64,000 bases of DNA from NCBI RefSeq assembly GCF_009914755.1, contig NC_060934.1, one strand, 5' to 3'. The notes beneath the pieces were generated by a model, which was not told the origin of the DNA, searched no databases, and saw only the letters and a program-made list of their open reading frames with translations. The DNA is from the human T2T-CHM13v2.0 reference genome, Homo sapiens. This document shows positions 13,273 to 27,172 of this stretch, one piece after another. Every line of letters starts with the position of its first letter. Position 1 is the stretch's first letter. Both the position numbers and the translations under genes were made by a program.

Positions 13273-16186
13273 TAACTGAGAATGAGAAAAATATGGCAAA
13301 AGCACTCATACATAATAGAATCATTATTGACTTGCTGCTATTTTAGGATATGAGGACTTCTTTCTACTCTAAAAAAAATAAAATAAAATAAAACCACCAA
13401 CACCACCCAATCCCACAAAACACTGACTGGTAAAAGACACGTTGATCCTTAGAAGTTCTACCACCTAAAATATATCTGTTTTTTAGTTCATAAGGTAGAA
13501 TAGAAAATATACTTTACAAGATACATCTTCAAATGGCATTTCCTTAACTTCCAGAATTAAAAAAAAGTTCAGCCGACTTATTTGGAACCATTGAACCAAA
13601 TACCTTTGACTCCTTGGACACACAGCTTTACACTTTAAAAATAAAATGACCTGGTGTATGCGTGTCCCCTCCTCACACCAGCTGGTATCTCAGAGTCTTC
13701 TGATGTAGATTGGCATCTTCCGCCTAGCCCAAAGCAGGGGGTCCTGCAAGATATCGGGGCTGATGACCTTGTAAGTGGTTTCACAGAAAGCTGGATGCAT
13801 TTCAGCCTGTTTCCTTTACCCACCCAGCTCGGTGAAGAACTTGTATTAATTGGTGCTTTGAGGCAGAAGGGGATTTTCTTGGCCGTGGCGGAAGCCAGCC
13901 AGCCAGCCAGCTCCCTGGCAGACTTGCAGACTGGCCAGCTGAGCTCTCTTAAAAATTGACCTACATTGAACCAAACCCGTAGAATGTGTGTTAGATCAAA
14001 TTTGCTCCTCTCTGCTTGCTCAGAGAGGGTCATGCTCTGCAAATTTCCATACCATCGTGGCCAGGAGACAGACACCAGCAGGGATCCGGGGCGGCGAAGA
14101 GGACCTTCACTTTCTGAAGTGTTCTAAATTGGCCCACGGAGCGGTTCAATTCCTCTTGCTGAGGCTACCATGAAATGTGCCTGGATTTTGAAATGGATGT
14201 GTTTTTCCTTTAAAAAAAAAAAGAGGGCGGGGGGGGAGTCCCTGTGTGTGAACCCAGGTGTACAGAGGCATAATCAGTTAAAGCACACCCTCTTTTCTGC
14301 GAAGGCCCACTGAGTTTGCCTGCTCCAATCCCCTAGGCTGAGTCAGGAGGATCCAAAAAAAGCCATGGGTTGTGCCAGCCCCATGCAGACACCACTGCCT
14401 GCAACAGAGCTGTTAGAAAAGCACCGTGTCTGGGACAAGGAAGGATTGTAAAATATAAAATTGTAAAATAAAACCATTAATCCCATCTGAATTCTCGCTG
14501 TTGGGTTCTTTATATGAAGTAGTCTTCTGTTTTCTTTGTTTTAAAGAAACTACAACAAGAAGTACTTGTAATACCCATGCTGAATATTTCTGTTTCCCAG
14601 TAACGATTCTCCAAGTGCTTAGTTGATTTACTATCTGATCAGCAACTGGGCTTCAAAAAACAAAACAAAACAATACAAAACTGGGAGCATTTTGCATTAA
14701 GATCTAATGCTGTCGAGAACCCTAGAGAAGAACCAAAGGACAGATGTCAGTGACAGTGGGCCATTCATTGATGGATTTCTCTCCAGGATAAAGGCCACAC
14801 CAATCAATATTCTTACAGCTGGGCCTTTGAACTATTTGCTTCCTCCATATGGACTCTCCAAGGGTAAATGGACATTTTCCCCAGTGCCTTAATTTCTTAT
14901 TCAATTCCAGCCTCCTAGGTTACAAAAGAGTTTGGCTAATTCTAACAGCTAATTTTCCATAAGCGCTTAAATAGTTCAGTCAGAATGATGGTTGGGAATA
15001 TTTTATGCTGCTTTCATTATGCTTCGGCTAGGCAGGGTAATTCTTATGAATTACCTTGTTTATTTAATTAAGTAATGCAATACATGACAAAATATTACCC
15101 TGGGTCATGAAAAATAGAGATCTTTAATAAGCATCATGGTCTCAAATTGTAAAATTACTTAAAAAACCGTGGCAGGGGTGGTTAGTTGGTTCATATTTGA
15201 TTGAAGCAGTAATTCATTACATTTATGAAATCTTTAGAGTTCATTTGCTGTCCAGGCATTCTAACGTATTACTTACTTGGATTGCATTTTTAAAAAGCTG
15301 CTGGCATTAGGCAACAAGCAATCTTACAGCACTAGGCTAGAGTTAGCACCTTTTCCTTGTGGCTTGTTCACCGCTAAGTCTCCACGGTGTCTTGCGTATG
15401 GGACAAAACCAGATACCTACTCAATGCACCCATCCCAAAACATGACTTCACTTCTCTGGATGGGCTTTGGCCAGAAAAAGATGAACATGCTTCCAGTATT
15501 TCTGGCTTCCCAGTCGTGGATCTGTTACTCAGATGACACTGTTGTGGTTTCTTTAGAAAAGGAAAACAGAAGAATACTTCCTGTAAAAGGACCCAGCAAG
15601 TAGAATTCAGATGGGATTTATGGTTTCATTTTCACACAACAATCTTGCACGCAAAGTTGGGAATTAGGATGACATCATGTGTGCTGCTAAACTCATATTC
15701 TAGAAACATGCTCCAGAAAGGAGTTCTTCATTAGAAGCTGAAAGCTTTCCATGTGTCTGGGGAAAAAAATAGCTAATACGTTGAGGAGGAGGGAGGCCCA
15801 ATTTAATGACTAAAAGATGTAATTTATAATGATCAGCCTCAGTAATCCCTCCTAAAAGTTTCATTTTAAAAAATACTATTATGATCTCCAAACTTACTGA
15901 ATTAATCAACACTTCTTGGGGTCAGAAAACAATTATGTATTAAGTGCACTCCTGTACACTCAAAGACTGAGGCAATGGATCCAACCAGAAAGTAGATAAA
16001 ATGTGGAGTTACTGTTCTTTATCTTTCCCATAAAGGCTGAGATTTCCAAAATTAAACAATCACATTTCAGTTCTCAATGGGTCAGAGCATTGTTTGACCT
16101 GGAACTTCAGACTCTGGTTATTAGAGGGTCCTGAGGAATCATTACTAATTTTCTTGGGTGTAACAATGGCACGGTGTGTTATTTTA

Positions 16187-17050
16187 AAATTTACAAGAAA
16201 AAAACAACCCCATCAAAAAGTGGGCGAAGGATATGAACAGATATTTCTCAAAAGAAGACATTTATGTTGCCAACAAACATACAAAAAAAAGCTCATCATC
16301 ACTGATCATTAGAGAAATGCAAATCAAAACCATGATGAGATACCATCTCATGCCAGTTAGAATGGCAATCATTAAAAAGTCAGGAAACAACAGATGCTGG
16401 AGAGGATGTGGAGAAATAGGAATGCTTTTACACTGTTGGTGGGAGTGTAAATTAGTTCAACCATTGTAGAAGAAAAGTGTGGCGATTCCTCAAGGATCTA
16501 GAACCAGAAATGCCATTTGACCCAGCAATCCCATTACTGGGTATATACCCAAAGGATTATAAATCATTCTACTATAAAGACACATGCACACGTATGTTTA
16601 CTGCAGCATTGTTCACAATAGCAAAGACTTGGAACCAACCCAAATGCCCATCAATGATAGACTGGATAAAGAAAATGTGGCACATATACACCATGGAATA
16701 CTATGCAGCCATAAAAAAGGTTGAGCTCATGTCCTTTGTGGGGACATGGATGAAGCTAGAAACCATCATTCTTAGCAAACTAACACAAGAACAGAAAACC
16801 CACACCACATGTTCTCACTCATAAGTGGGAGTTGAACAATGAGAACACATGGACATAGGGAGGTGAACATCACACACTGGGGCCTGTCACAGGGTGGGAG
16901 GCTAGGGGAGGGATAGCATTAGGATAAATACCTAATGTAGATGATGAGTTGATGGGTGCAGCAAACCACCATGGCACGTGTATACCTATGTAACGAACCT
17001 GCACGTTCTGCACATGTACCCCAGAACTTAAAGTATAATAATAATAAAAA
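16187..17050 (+). mobile_element. 5'-truncated primate L1 (L1PA6-8-like): ORF2 C-terminus plus 3' UTR
   Basis: ORFs 16233-16469 and 16477-16824 give L1 ORF2p C-terminal sequence, including the [18 protein letters not shown] zinc knuckle and the PFDPAIPLLGIYP motif. Canonical L1PA 3' UTR and A-rich tail follow. Confidence 0.96.
16233..16824 (+). pseudogene. Disrupted L1 ORF2p C-terminal remnant
   Basis: TGG>TAG stop at 16467-16469 and a +1 frame change between the two ORFs. No endonuclease or RT domain present. Confidence 0.9.
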
Positions 17051-17161
17051 CACAAATTGAAGTGTTAAGAGGAGCAATGGCATGAAGTCTGTTTGAGGTG
17101 ACCTCAGAAAGGGGAGAACCACAGAAACAGCAAACGCGGCGAATCTTAACACCGGCTGAAT

Positions 17162-17363
17162 CTGGGCTTCTCAACCTCAGCTCAGCTGACAATCGGTGCA
17201 GATGATTCTGTGCTGGGGGGCTGTCCTGTGTAATGGAGGGTGTTTAGCAATATCCCTGGCCTCCACCCCCAAGATGCCGGTAACTCTCTCCCAACCAAAA
17301 CTGTCCCCAGACACAGCCAACTGTCCTCTGTGGGGCAAAATCACCCTCAGTTGAGAACTGCTG
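17162..17363 (-). mobile_element. MER20 (hAT-Charlie)
   Basis: TIR-like ends CTGGGCTTCTCAACC / AGTTGAGAACTGCTG; internal GGGGGCTGTCCTGTG...TGTTTAGCAATATCCCTGGCCTC. Confidence 0.85.
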
Positions 17364-17667
17364 GTATGTAGGAGGGATTAATATACTATTTCCTCTTCTT
17401 TTGAATATAGATTTTTTTTTTAAGTTTCAGAGCGCAAGTTTTAAAGTCAATGGAGGAACAAAAGTGTGAAAAATCACAATGCTAATTCAGTCTCTTTTGT
17501 GGTTTGGAAAATCTTCCTGAGGAGTATAGCAGAGTCTGCCTGGGGCCCCGAGACCAGAGGCCCCAACTCCAGAGAATTTCTCAGGCCGGTCTGGGACCTT
17601 GGTGTCAGAAACCACCTCAGGCCAAGGGAGTCAGCATCGCAGGGGTCTGGGGGCTAGGAATGGGCAT

Positions 17668-18839
<1,172 letters not shown>

Positions 18840-20803
18840 ACCCATTTTTATTAAAACAATTTTGAGTTTGTCTGCTATTTCCTTGGGACCACCTTCAGAG
18901 CCAGAATCCTGCGAGAAGAGCCAGAAACAATGGCTTCACAAGGACCTGCAGCCAAGCTGAACAGCACAGCACACACGAGGAGGTGGTGTATTTACAAATA
19001 AGCGAAGAACGCTGCCGAGAGAAACACACAGCACCGGAAGACCAGTGTGCGTGGAGGCCACTGGGCCACACAGCCAGGTGCCAGGAGTTGCAACTCACCT
19101 CCACAATGGCCTGCCTGCTGGCGGGGCAACCTTACAAAATATTATTATTATTTACTCATAACAATAACAATTGCTCGGAAAATAAAACTCAAAACAGGCA
19201 AAACCATTGGAACACCAAGACGAGACTTCTACAGGTTTTATTTTAAACATATGTTTCTAAAACAGTCAGTGGTGAGTGCCAAAAAACACAGCATCAAGTC
19301 GATTTTCCTTTTTCTGTGTACATGACTTGCTTTGGAAACTGCCTATACATGCCCTACATTTTTTTCTCTCATCAAAAACAATCGAGGAATGGTACAAGGA
19401 GTTCTGAAGCATAACCTAGTCGTTTCATTCGAGTGGCGAGAGAGGGACGTGATGTGATGTGGGTGCCACGTAAGTGTCGTGCTGGGGGCAGTTGGGAAAG
19501 AGTCTGCTCGTTCCATCGGAATGCCCAGAAGAGCAGGGGCTTCCACTGCACTTTGCAAAACAAGCCCAGCCGGTGGCTGCCCTGCAAGCTGCTCTTGGAA
19601 GGAGGGGAAAGGCTCTCCCTTACCACTCTGGACTTCCCTGGGGGTTCAAGCCTCATGCAAGAGAGCCCAGTCAGCATTTAAGCCCCAGAGGCAGGTGTGA
19701 TCTGCTGTTCCCCTCTTTTGGAAATATGGGTCTCGTAAGGTCTCTCCCTGAAGCTGTGTGATGGAAATCAACATTGTGTGTGTGCTAGCTCAGCATAAAG
19801 AAAGGCTGCCTCGCCCTCACCCTGCACACCACAGAGAAAGATCTGTTCCAAGAGAGTCAGGTCACTGCGATCCTCAGGGGGTCAGAGAACCAGGAGGCTA
19901 ATAAAACAAAAGAGATCAGGCACTGAGTTCCGGGAAGTTACTGAGCACACATAACAACTGCAGAACGATCCCAAGTAAAGAATATTCTCAGGGACTCTGA
20001 TGGAAAACATACCATGAATTAACATGCGTTCAAGGCCTTCTCTGGTCCTGCGGCCTTTGGCTCAAAGAGCTCACAGCTCACCAAGAGGGTAAACACTGCT
20101 CTCGGCCAAGGCCATGATTCAAAATGCTGGCTTTGGGATCCTTCAGGGTGGGATGCGTTATCATGAGGCCTCCTAGGGTATTCATTTATAGGTGATATGA
20201 AATAGAGTTTACCGTCATTTTAAATAAAGACACTAGGTGAAATTTAAGACACATTTCGAGGAGAGGAAATATAAAACCAGAAATGGCAAGACATTGCCAT
20301 TGCAAGAACTCTGAATCACTCATCTAGGGCATAGTCTATCTTGTGCTCAGAATACGTAAATAGTTAAATCAAGTACATCCCATATTATTTGTATTTCACA
20401 GAGTAATACAATTCTTTTGTTTCAGTGGCATAGGAAGCAACAGTGTAACTAAAATATGATACTCTTTTAGCCTAAAAATAATGACCTTAAAAAATAAATT
20501 CAAATAAAAACTTAATTCCTAACGGCTCTGAACAAAATCTCTCATTGTCTCCCAAAGCGTGGAGACGTGTGTGGTTAAATGTCAGGTGACTCTTCCACGT
20601 GATGTCTGGGGACTGCAGGAGCTTCCCTCTAAGGGTTTACTGCCGAAGCCTGAGAGAGAGAAAAAGCATGGAGAGAAATTGGCAACTGGGACTCCTGAAC
20701 TTTCAGAAAAGGGCTCCCTTCATTTGAAAAAGAGCTGCCCTGTTTGTATACAGCCATAGTGAATCTGTCATTGGGTCACCTTTTTAAGCAGGAGTGTGCC
20801 AAA

Positions 20804-20853
20804 GTGTATGTGTGTGTGCACATGTGCACACACACACACACGCACACACACAC
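20804..20853. repeat. (TG)n/(CA)n microsatellite forming a palindrome
   Basis: TGTGTGTGTGCACA|TGTGCACACACACA is a perfect 28-bp palindrome at 20809-20836. Confidence 0.9.
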
Positions 20854-21129
20854 GGTTTCCTGGTCATAATACACTTGGTATTATTCATTTATGGCTGTAC
20901 ATGGCTGCAGGTGTGCTATAGGAAATGCTTATTAGAGCCTTTTATGAAAGGAGAGGCCAGGTTGTCAAGAAAAGACTAAGAAAAATGGACAATTACTTTA
21001 CCAGGAGGAAAATAGAAGATAACATTAGATTGTAAATGGAAAAAAAAAAAGCAATGAGATGAGAAACAGGAGATTTGATGCCAGTGAGATGTGAAACACT
21101 GATAATTACAGAATAATGATGACGGCCAC

Positions 21130-21332
21130 CGTTTATGGAACCCCTATGTGTCATGCTAATATTTAATAAGCACTCTCTCATTTAGTACTTAAAAAGACTT
21201 AGAAGGTCTCATGAATCTGACCATTTTGTGGAACAGACAACTAAGACACAAAGAGATTACATAGCTTAAGACCACACAGCTAATAAATTAGAGATACCAG
21301 ACTGGGACCTAAATCAGTCTGACTCCAGAATC
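21130..21332 (-). mobile_element. MIR
   Basis: CTCATTTAGTACT...AAGACCACACAGCTAATAAAT...CAGTCTGACTCCAGA. Confidence 0.65.
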
Positions 21333-22548
21333 AGTTTCAAGGTTTCCTACTGAAGATTTGTGACGATGATAGGAATAGATTTTGTTTTGCTTGGTTTTGG
21401 TTATTTAAAAGACAAAAGTAAACAACATTTTGGTTTAAGAATGTGGGAAGAAAGCCCAGGGAAGAATGCGGATACAAATCGGCAAATGAACAACAACAAA
21501 AAAATGAATCCAATGCAGTGAATTCAAGATAAAGTTAAATAATACAATCAAGAGTTGCCCCTGCTTTCTTACATTGCAACAAAGAATGGGAATTAACTGC
21601 GGCTGAAGTCCTTCTTCACTATCAGGCTTTTGGCCAAAAAGAAAGGAAGGCTTTGCATTTGAATGGAGGTAGCTGGAGCGAGCAACGTGTCACTCAAGCC
21701 TCTGGCATCTTTGTTCAGCTTCATTAGGGAAGAATCTCCATGCGCTCATTTAACTTAGTTTATTAACCTCAATTCTGAATAAAATGTTAGTCTCTAACTC
21801 AATTTTGGAATTTTTTAAAACAGTAACCGGGAAAGTTTTGTGTTTTATTTATGTGATTGTTGATGTGAAAATGGCTGTGTCAATATCTTAGCATCTACAT
21901 TAGACAAAGTCAATCATCACAGTCATTTAAAAACTCCCTTCTATATAAATGGGAACTATTCTCTTATGTAGAGAATAAACATGGTCTCAAACAGTCAAAA
22001 AAAAAAATCCCCATATTGTAGTTACAAAGCTTCTTACCAGAGGAATTTGGTTTGTGACACATGTGTTCTTCAAGTCACATTTTTTATAAAGAGAATTTTG
22101 CACCTTAAACTCAAATTAATAAAACAGGTAGGAAAATCGAGAAATACTTATATTTCCTTTTTGGCTTACCTTAGTCCTCATTGGAGGACATCTTTTTTTT
22201 TTTTTTTTTTTTTTTTGGATAAACATCTTTCAGATAGTTTTATAAGTAGCAATTGAAACATTACACAAATTGTCAAACTCTCTTTCATATAAAAGAGCAA
22301 TATATTTCTTTGTATGCTTGTAAAAATAATTGTTTATTTCTTACTCTTTCTTTAATGAGATTGAAAGTACTAGAACACAACAGAAACAGGCTTCAGAGAG
22401 AAAAAAAATCAAAGGAGACAAAAAGATGAAACCAAAACTCTTCACAAAATGCTCTTGGAGGTACTTTGTAGAAAAGTAAACGAGCAAATGTCTCCATTGC
22501 ATGTGAATGGGAAAACATAACACACAGCTGTCAAAATCCACTCAAGCA

Positions 22549-22867
<319 letters not shown>

Positions 22868-22934
22868 TATCCACTCAAGCACTCAAGCAGTCCCTATCAA
22901 CGTGACTGTAGTTTATTTCATGAACAAAAGCGGA

Positions 22935-23200
22935 GTGTGTGGGAATCTCCCATCAGCTGTGCCCAAAGTTTTCGTAAATATTGGTTAAGTGAAGCGGGTT
23001 AGCTGCTCCTCTTCCCCCTCTGCTGTTTGCTCTGGCACCTCTGTAGTTAGCATTAGAGCCGCTGCAGGTAACTGTGCTTTCAGTCTGTTTCAATTCTGGC
23101 TTCTTGTGTTTGCAATCAAGTCATCCCACAGGATACAATCAATCGGCACCACTTTCTTTACACATTGGGCTCAAAATGAGCTGGTCTGATTGGTCAGAAC
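22935..23200. promoter_or_regulatory. Candidate cis-regulatory cluster (kB site, E-box, Y/CCAAT boxes)
   Basis: GGGAATCTCC 22941-22950, CAGCTG 22954-22959, ATTGG at ~22980 and ~23164, CTGATTGGTC 23186-23195, all in non-repeat sequence. Motif evidence only. Confidence 0.3.
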
Positions 23201-23879
23201 CAAATTTCTATTTCTTCCACCAAGAGTGGTAATGGCCACTCTGATAAAACAAAGTCAATTCTAGAGAGAAAGTTCATGCAATTTAGAACTGTTTTGCCCT
23301 TGTGAAGAAAAATGGGTCATACCTTTTGGATGCTAAAAAATGTTACTCAGCCACAGGTACTACCTGCCTGTCTTTTGACTATGTTCAACATTATGTAGGT
23401 GATCTTGGATTAATTTGTTAATTAATTCAATAAACACTGAGTGCCGATAAATGCCAGGCTGGGTACTGGGGAAACCAACATGGGTTAGACCATGGTTCAC
23501 ATACTCCATGGTCCTTCTGGTCTCGTGTGGGTGATCAAGAGGTAAGAAAGTATAAATAAATAGTTATTGATGCTGGGGTAGCAGTTCATGCATGGCATGC
23601 AAGGTTGAAAGAGGAAGTAGTCGGCTGTCACTAGGCAGGCAGAATAGAGACGGGAGTGAGAGCTAAGGACGGCTTCCTGGATGTGGTGACCGCACACCAA
23701 TGCTTCTCCTAAGTCTTCTTGTTTGCCTTCAAAGAAGGTCTTTCCCAATTTTTACAATAAACCAATGCAAAAAACCCAACGTATTCTTCAAAGAAAACTA
23801 TTATTTAGGCTACAAGGTCCATACAATACCCATCCATATAATATTGATACAATACAGACAATATCATCAGAAATAACAG

Positions 23880-24068
23880 TAATTATTTGGGATGATGGCC
23901 ATGTCCCAGGCACTGTATTAAGGAGTTTTTAATCTTCCAACAACCCCAGGTACTATTAATATCCAAATTTATACATGAAGATGAACGCAGATCAAGAATG
24001 TCCGGAAGGTCATCCGCTTAGTAACCAGCCGGATTAAGGTTTGAATCCGAGCTTTCTGACTGCAGAGG
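23880..24068 (-). mobile_element. MIR
   Basis: CCAGGCACTGTATTAAG...TAATCTTCCAACAACCCCAGGTACTATT...GGTTTGAATCCGAGCTTTCTGACTGCAGAG. Confidence 0.65.
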
Positions 24069-24804
24069 TCAAGGTCTGAGCAACAGCAAGGAAGACCTTT
24101 CCGAGTATTCTGCATTCAAGAGCTCGAGAGCCAGGCTCTGTGATTCTGGAGGGGCCCCCCAGCAACCGACCTCAGGAGCCATGAGGTTGATTCGGTACTC
24201 ACGTGTGTTCATGTGATCTCTGTACGTGGGTGGCATGTAACGTTTATTGCTATGCTCATGAAAAAGCATTGAAATGTTAAACGAAGACAGTACGAGAAAC
24301 CTGACTGTAAAAGGTAAGCTTGATAATTCCAAAAGTATGCATCTTTTATTTTTTCTAAAAAAAAGATAAGCCCCAGTGTCTGTCTGTCTAGCACCTGTTT
24401 CACAAGGATTTAAAACCAAGCAGCAGAAGTGCCCTATTTTCCTCAGATAAATATTTATGAAGTTTTAATTTGCTTTTGCATTGGAAGTTATCGATCCTTT
24501 TCCCTCTTCAATTACAAAACCTTATCACGTACAAAGAAGCTTCTTAGAAAGGAAGTTAATGAACACCAAATTTGTTATTTTGTTGATTTTCACTTCCCAC
24601 CGTGGCACTGTGCTTCTGGAGAGAGGGCCATCGTTACTGCAATTATACTAATACACTTTCATTATTTAACAATCAGCCACACACATTCTAGAGGAGGAAG
24701 AAGTACAAGTCTGAAGGAGGAAAGTTCAGATATTGCTTTTAGCCTGATAATTTCAACAGTCAATGCTATTTCATGGACAATGTTATACTAGCTGATTAAC
24801 ATAA

Positions 24805-25155
<351 letters not shown>

Positions 25156-26660
25156 TACACAGGGATTTTGATCATAGCTTTATGAATGCCTCAAAATAAT
25201 TACAATAATTATATTGATAGTTTTATAGTTATACTGATATATATTACATGATACCATGTCCTACTCAATTTGTGATTATTACTATTTCATAAGTATAGTA
25301 TCTGTGTACATATCTGTCCACCCACCCAGCCATCCACACATTCAGCCACCCAGCCACTCAAGAAACATTAATTACGAGCCTGCTAAGTGTCAGGTGCCGT
25401 CTTGGGCAGTGAAAGACAAATGAAACAAGCGAATGAAAGAACAACCTTCAGAGGAAGGAGAGAGGCAGAAGAGAGGCATACTGTGGGATTCCACCTCCAT
25501 TTCTCAGTTGGTTAAAATTGCAGCTTTGTGTTTGCCTTCACTGGCATTACACCACTTCTTCTGCAAGCAAGCCAGCTGTTGACAGTCAGAAGATCAGGCC
25601 TTTGGCAGCAGTCCTTCTGGACCGACCAATAGCCGCAGGAGCCCCTCCTGGTGTGGAGGGAGCTGAGATCCACCGGGAGATTACATGATTTCTGGGGTCT
25701 TTAATTGCATGGCCCGGTCAGCATCCATTAGTCTGCTGCCTACACAATGCCTTTGTTTCTCAGATGGTAGCAGAGGACATCCTTCAGAAGACACGTAAAG
25801 CACATGATTAGGGAAACAAATAAAAGATGGAAGTTCACCCTCACACAGCACCGGCAACGCAGTGCATCCCAGGAAGTAACCACTGACGTATGGCACGCCA
25901 GGTAACAGCGGCCCTGCTGCCAGGTGCCCCTCTGCCTGGTGGCTGGTGAGTTTCCTTTGAGATGCCTTGTCAGAATTATATACCAAAAACATGAACATGT
26001 AGAGGGAGTATGTGGTACAATCAGAAGTCTGATGTTGAGGGCCAGATATCTATCACAGCACAGCATACTTATTTGCAGTATCTAAGACATAAAGACATCT
26101 AATAAAAAACATTAAGGGACTAAAAACACATTTATAGTCTCGTACAAATGGAATTTCCTTAACCAGGGACCAAGATTTGTCCAGCAAAACAAACAAACAA
26201 AAAAAACACTCACTATAAATTTTTCTTCTGGATGTGTTCACTTATTTAATGAAAGTTTATTAAATTCTTGATCTTTTCAAAGTATCCTTTGTAGACAAAA
26301 GACGTAAAAGCATGAAAATAGCAGATTCTGCCTTGGGGAAGTTTAAAATGTCACTGGAGGTATAGGACTTATCAGGCACATGAGAGAGAGAGAGAGCCTG
26401 TGCCAGGATGTGAAGAGCCCAGATTTCATGTAAGTTGCTGCGGGGATTCAAAGCAAATATTGATCATGGTGGGGCAGAAATAAACATCCGTGAGGTCAGT
26501 GGAGGTGGGCTTGAGGAGTGTAGCAGAAGGTTTTGCGTCCCTAGCGTCTCTTCTACTTGGATGACCCCCAGTCTAATTCTCGGGACTATGGGGATTTACA
26601 TAAACATAAGAAGAGTTAATTTTCCCGCCTCCTGGCACGCAAGCGTGCAATCCACTAGAA

Positions 26661-27172
26661 CAGGGGTCCCAAACCCCCGGGCCACAGACCGATACCTGTC
26701 CGTGGCCTGTTAGGAACTGGGCCACACAGCAGGAGGTGAGTGAAGCTTCATCTGTATTTACAGCCACTCCTCATTGCTTACATTACTGCCAGAGCTCCAA
26801 CTCCTGTCAGATCAGAAGAAGCACTAGATTCTCACAAGAGTTTGAACCCTAATGTGAACTGTGCATGCGAGGGATCTAGGTTGCATGTTCCTTACGAGAA
26901 CCTAAGGCCTGGTGATCTGTCACTGCTTCCCATCACCCCCAGATGGGACCGTCTAGTTACAGGAAAACAAGCTCAGGGCTCCCGCTGATTCTACATATTA
27001 TGAGTTGTATAATTATTTCATTATATATTACAACGTAATAATAATAGAAATAAAGTGCATAATAAATGTAATAAGCTTGAATCATCCCCAAACCACCCCC
27101 TCAACCCCATTCCATGGAAAAAGTGTCTTCCACAAAACTGGTCCCTGGTGCTAGAAGGGTTGGGGACCACTG
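26661..27172 (+). mobile_element. MER1A (hAT-Charlie), near full length
   Basis: TIRs CAGGGGTCCCAAACC / GGTTGGGGACCACTG; perfect 8-bp TSD CACTAGAA at 26653-26660 and 27173-27180; ~510-bp MER1A-like body. Confidence 0.95.

Larger units (their letters stand above)
16120..17405 (+). mobile_element. Old L1M (MC/ME-type) 3' UTR relic split by L1PA and MER20
   Basis: ATTACTAATTTTCTTGGGTGTAACAATGGC precedes the L1PA; GAAGTGTTAAGAGGAGCAATGGCATGAAGTCTG...GCAAACGCGGCGAATCTTAAC...GAATCT follows it. Confidence 0.5.

Noticed and set aside
13635-14075. 146-aa minus-strand ORF and overlapping + ORF
   Set aside because: Non-ATG starts, no recognisable domain, and no bracketing splice-site pair in frame.
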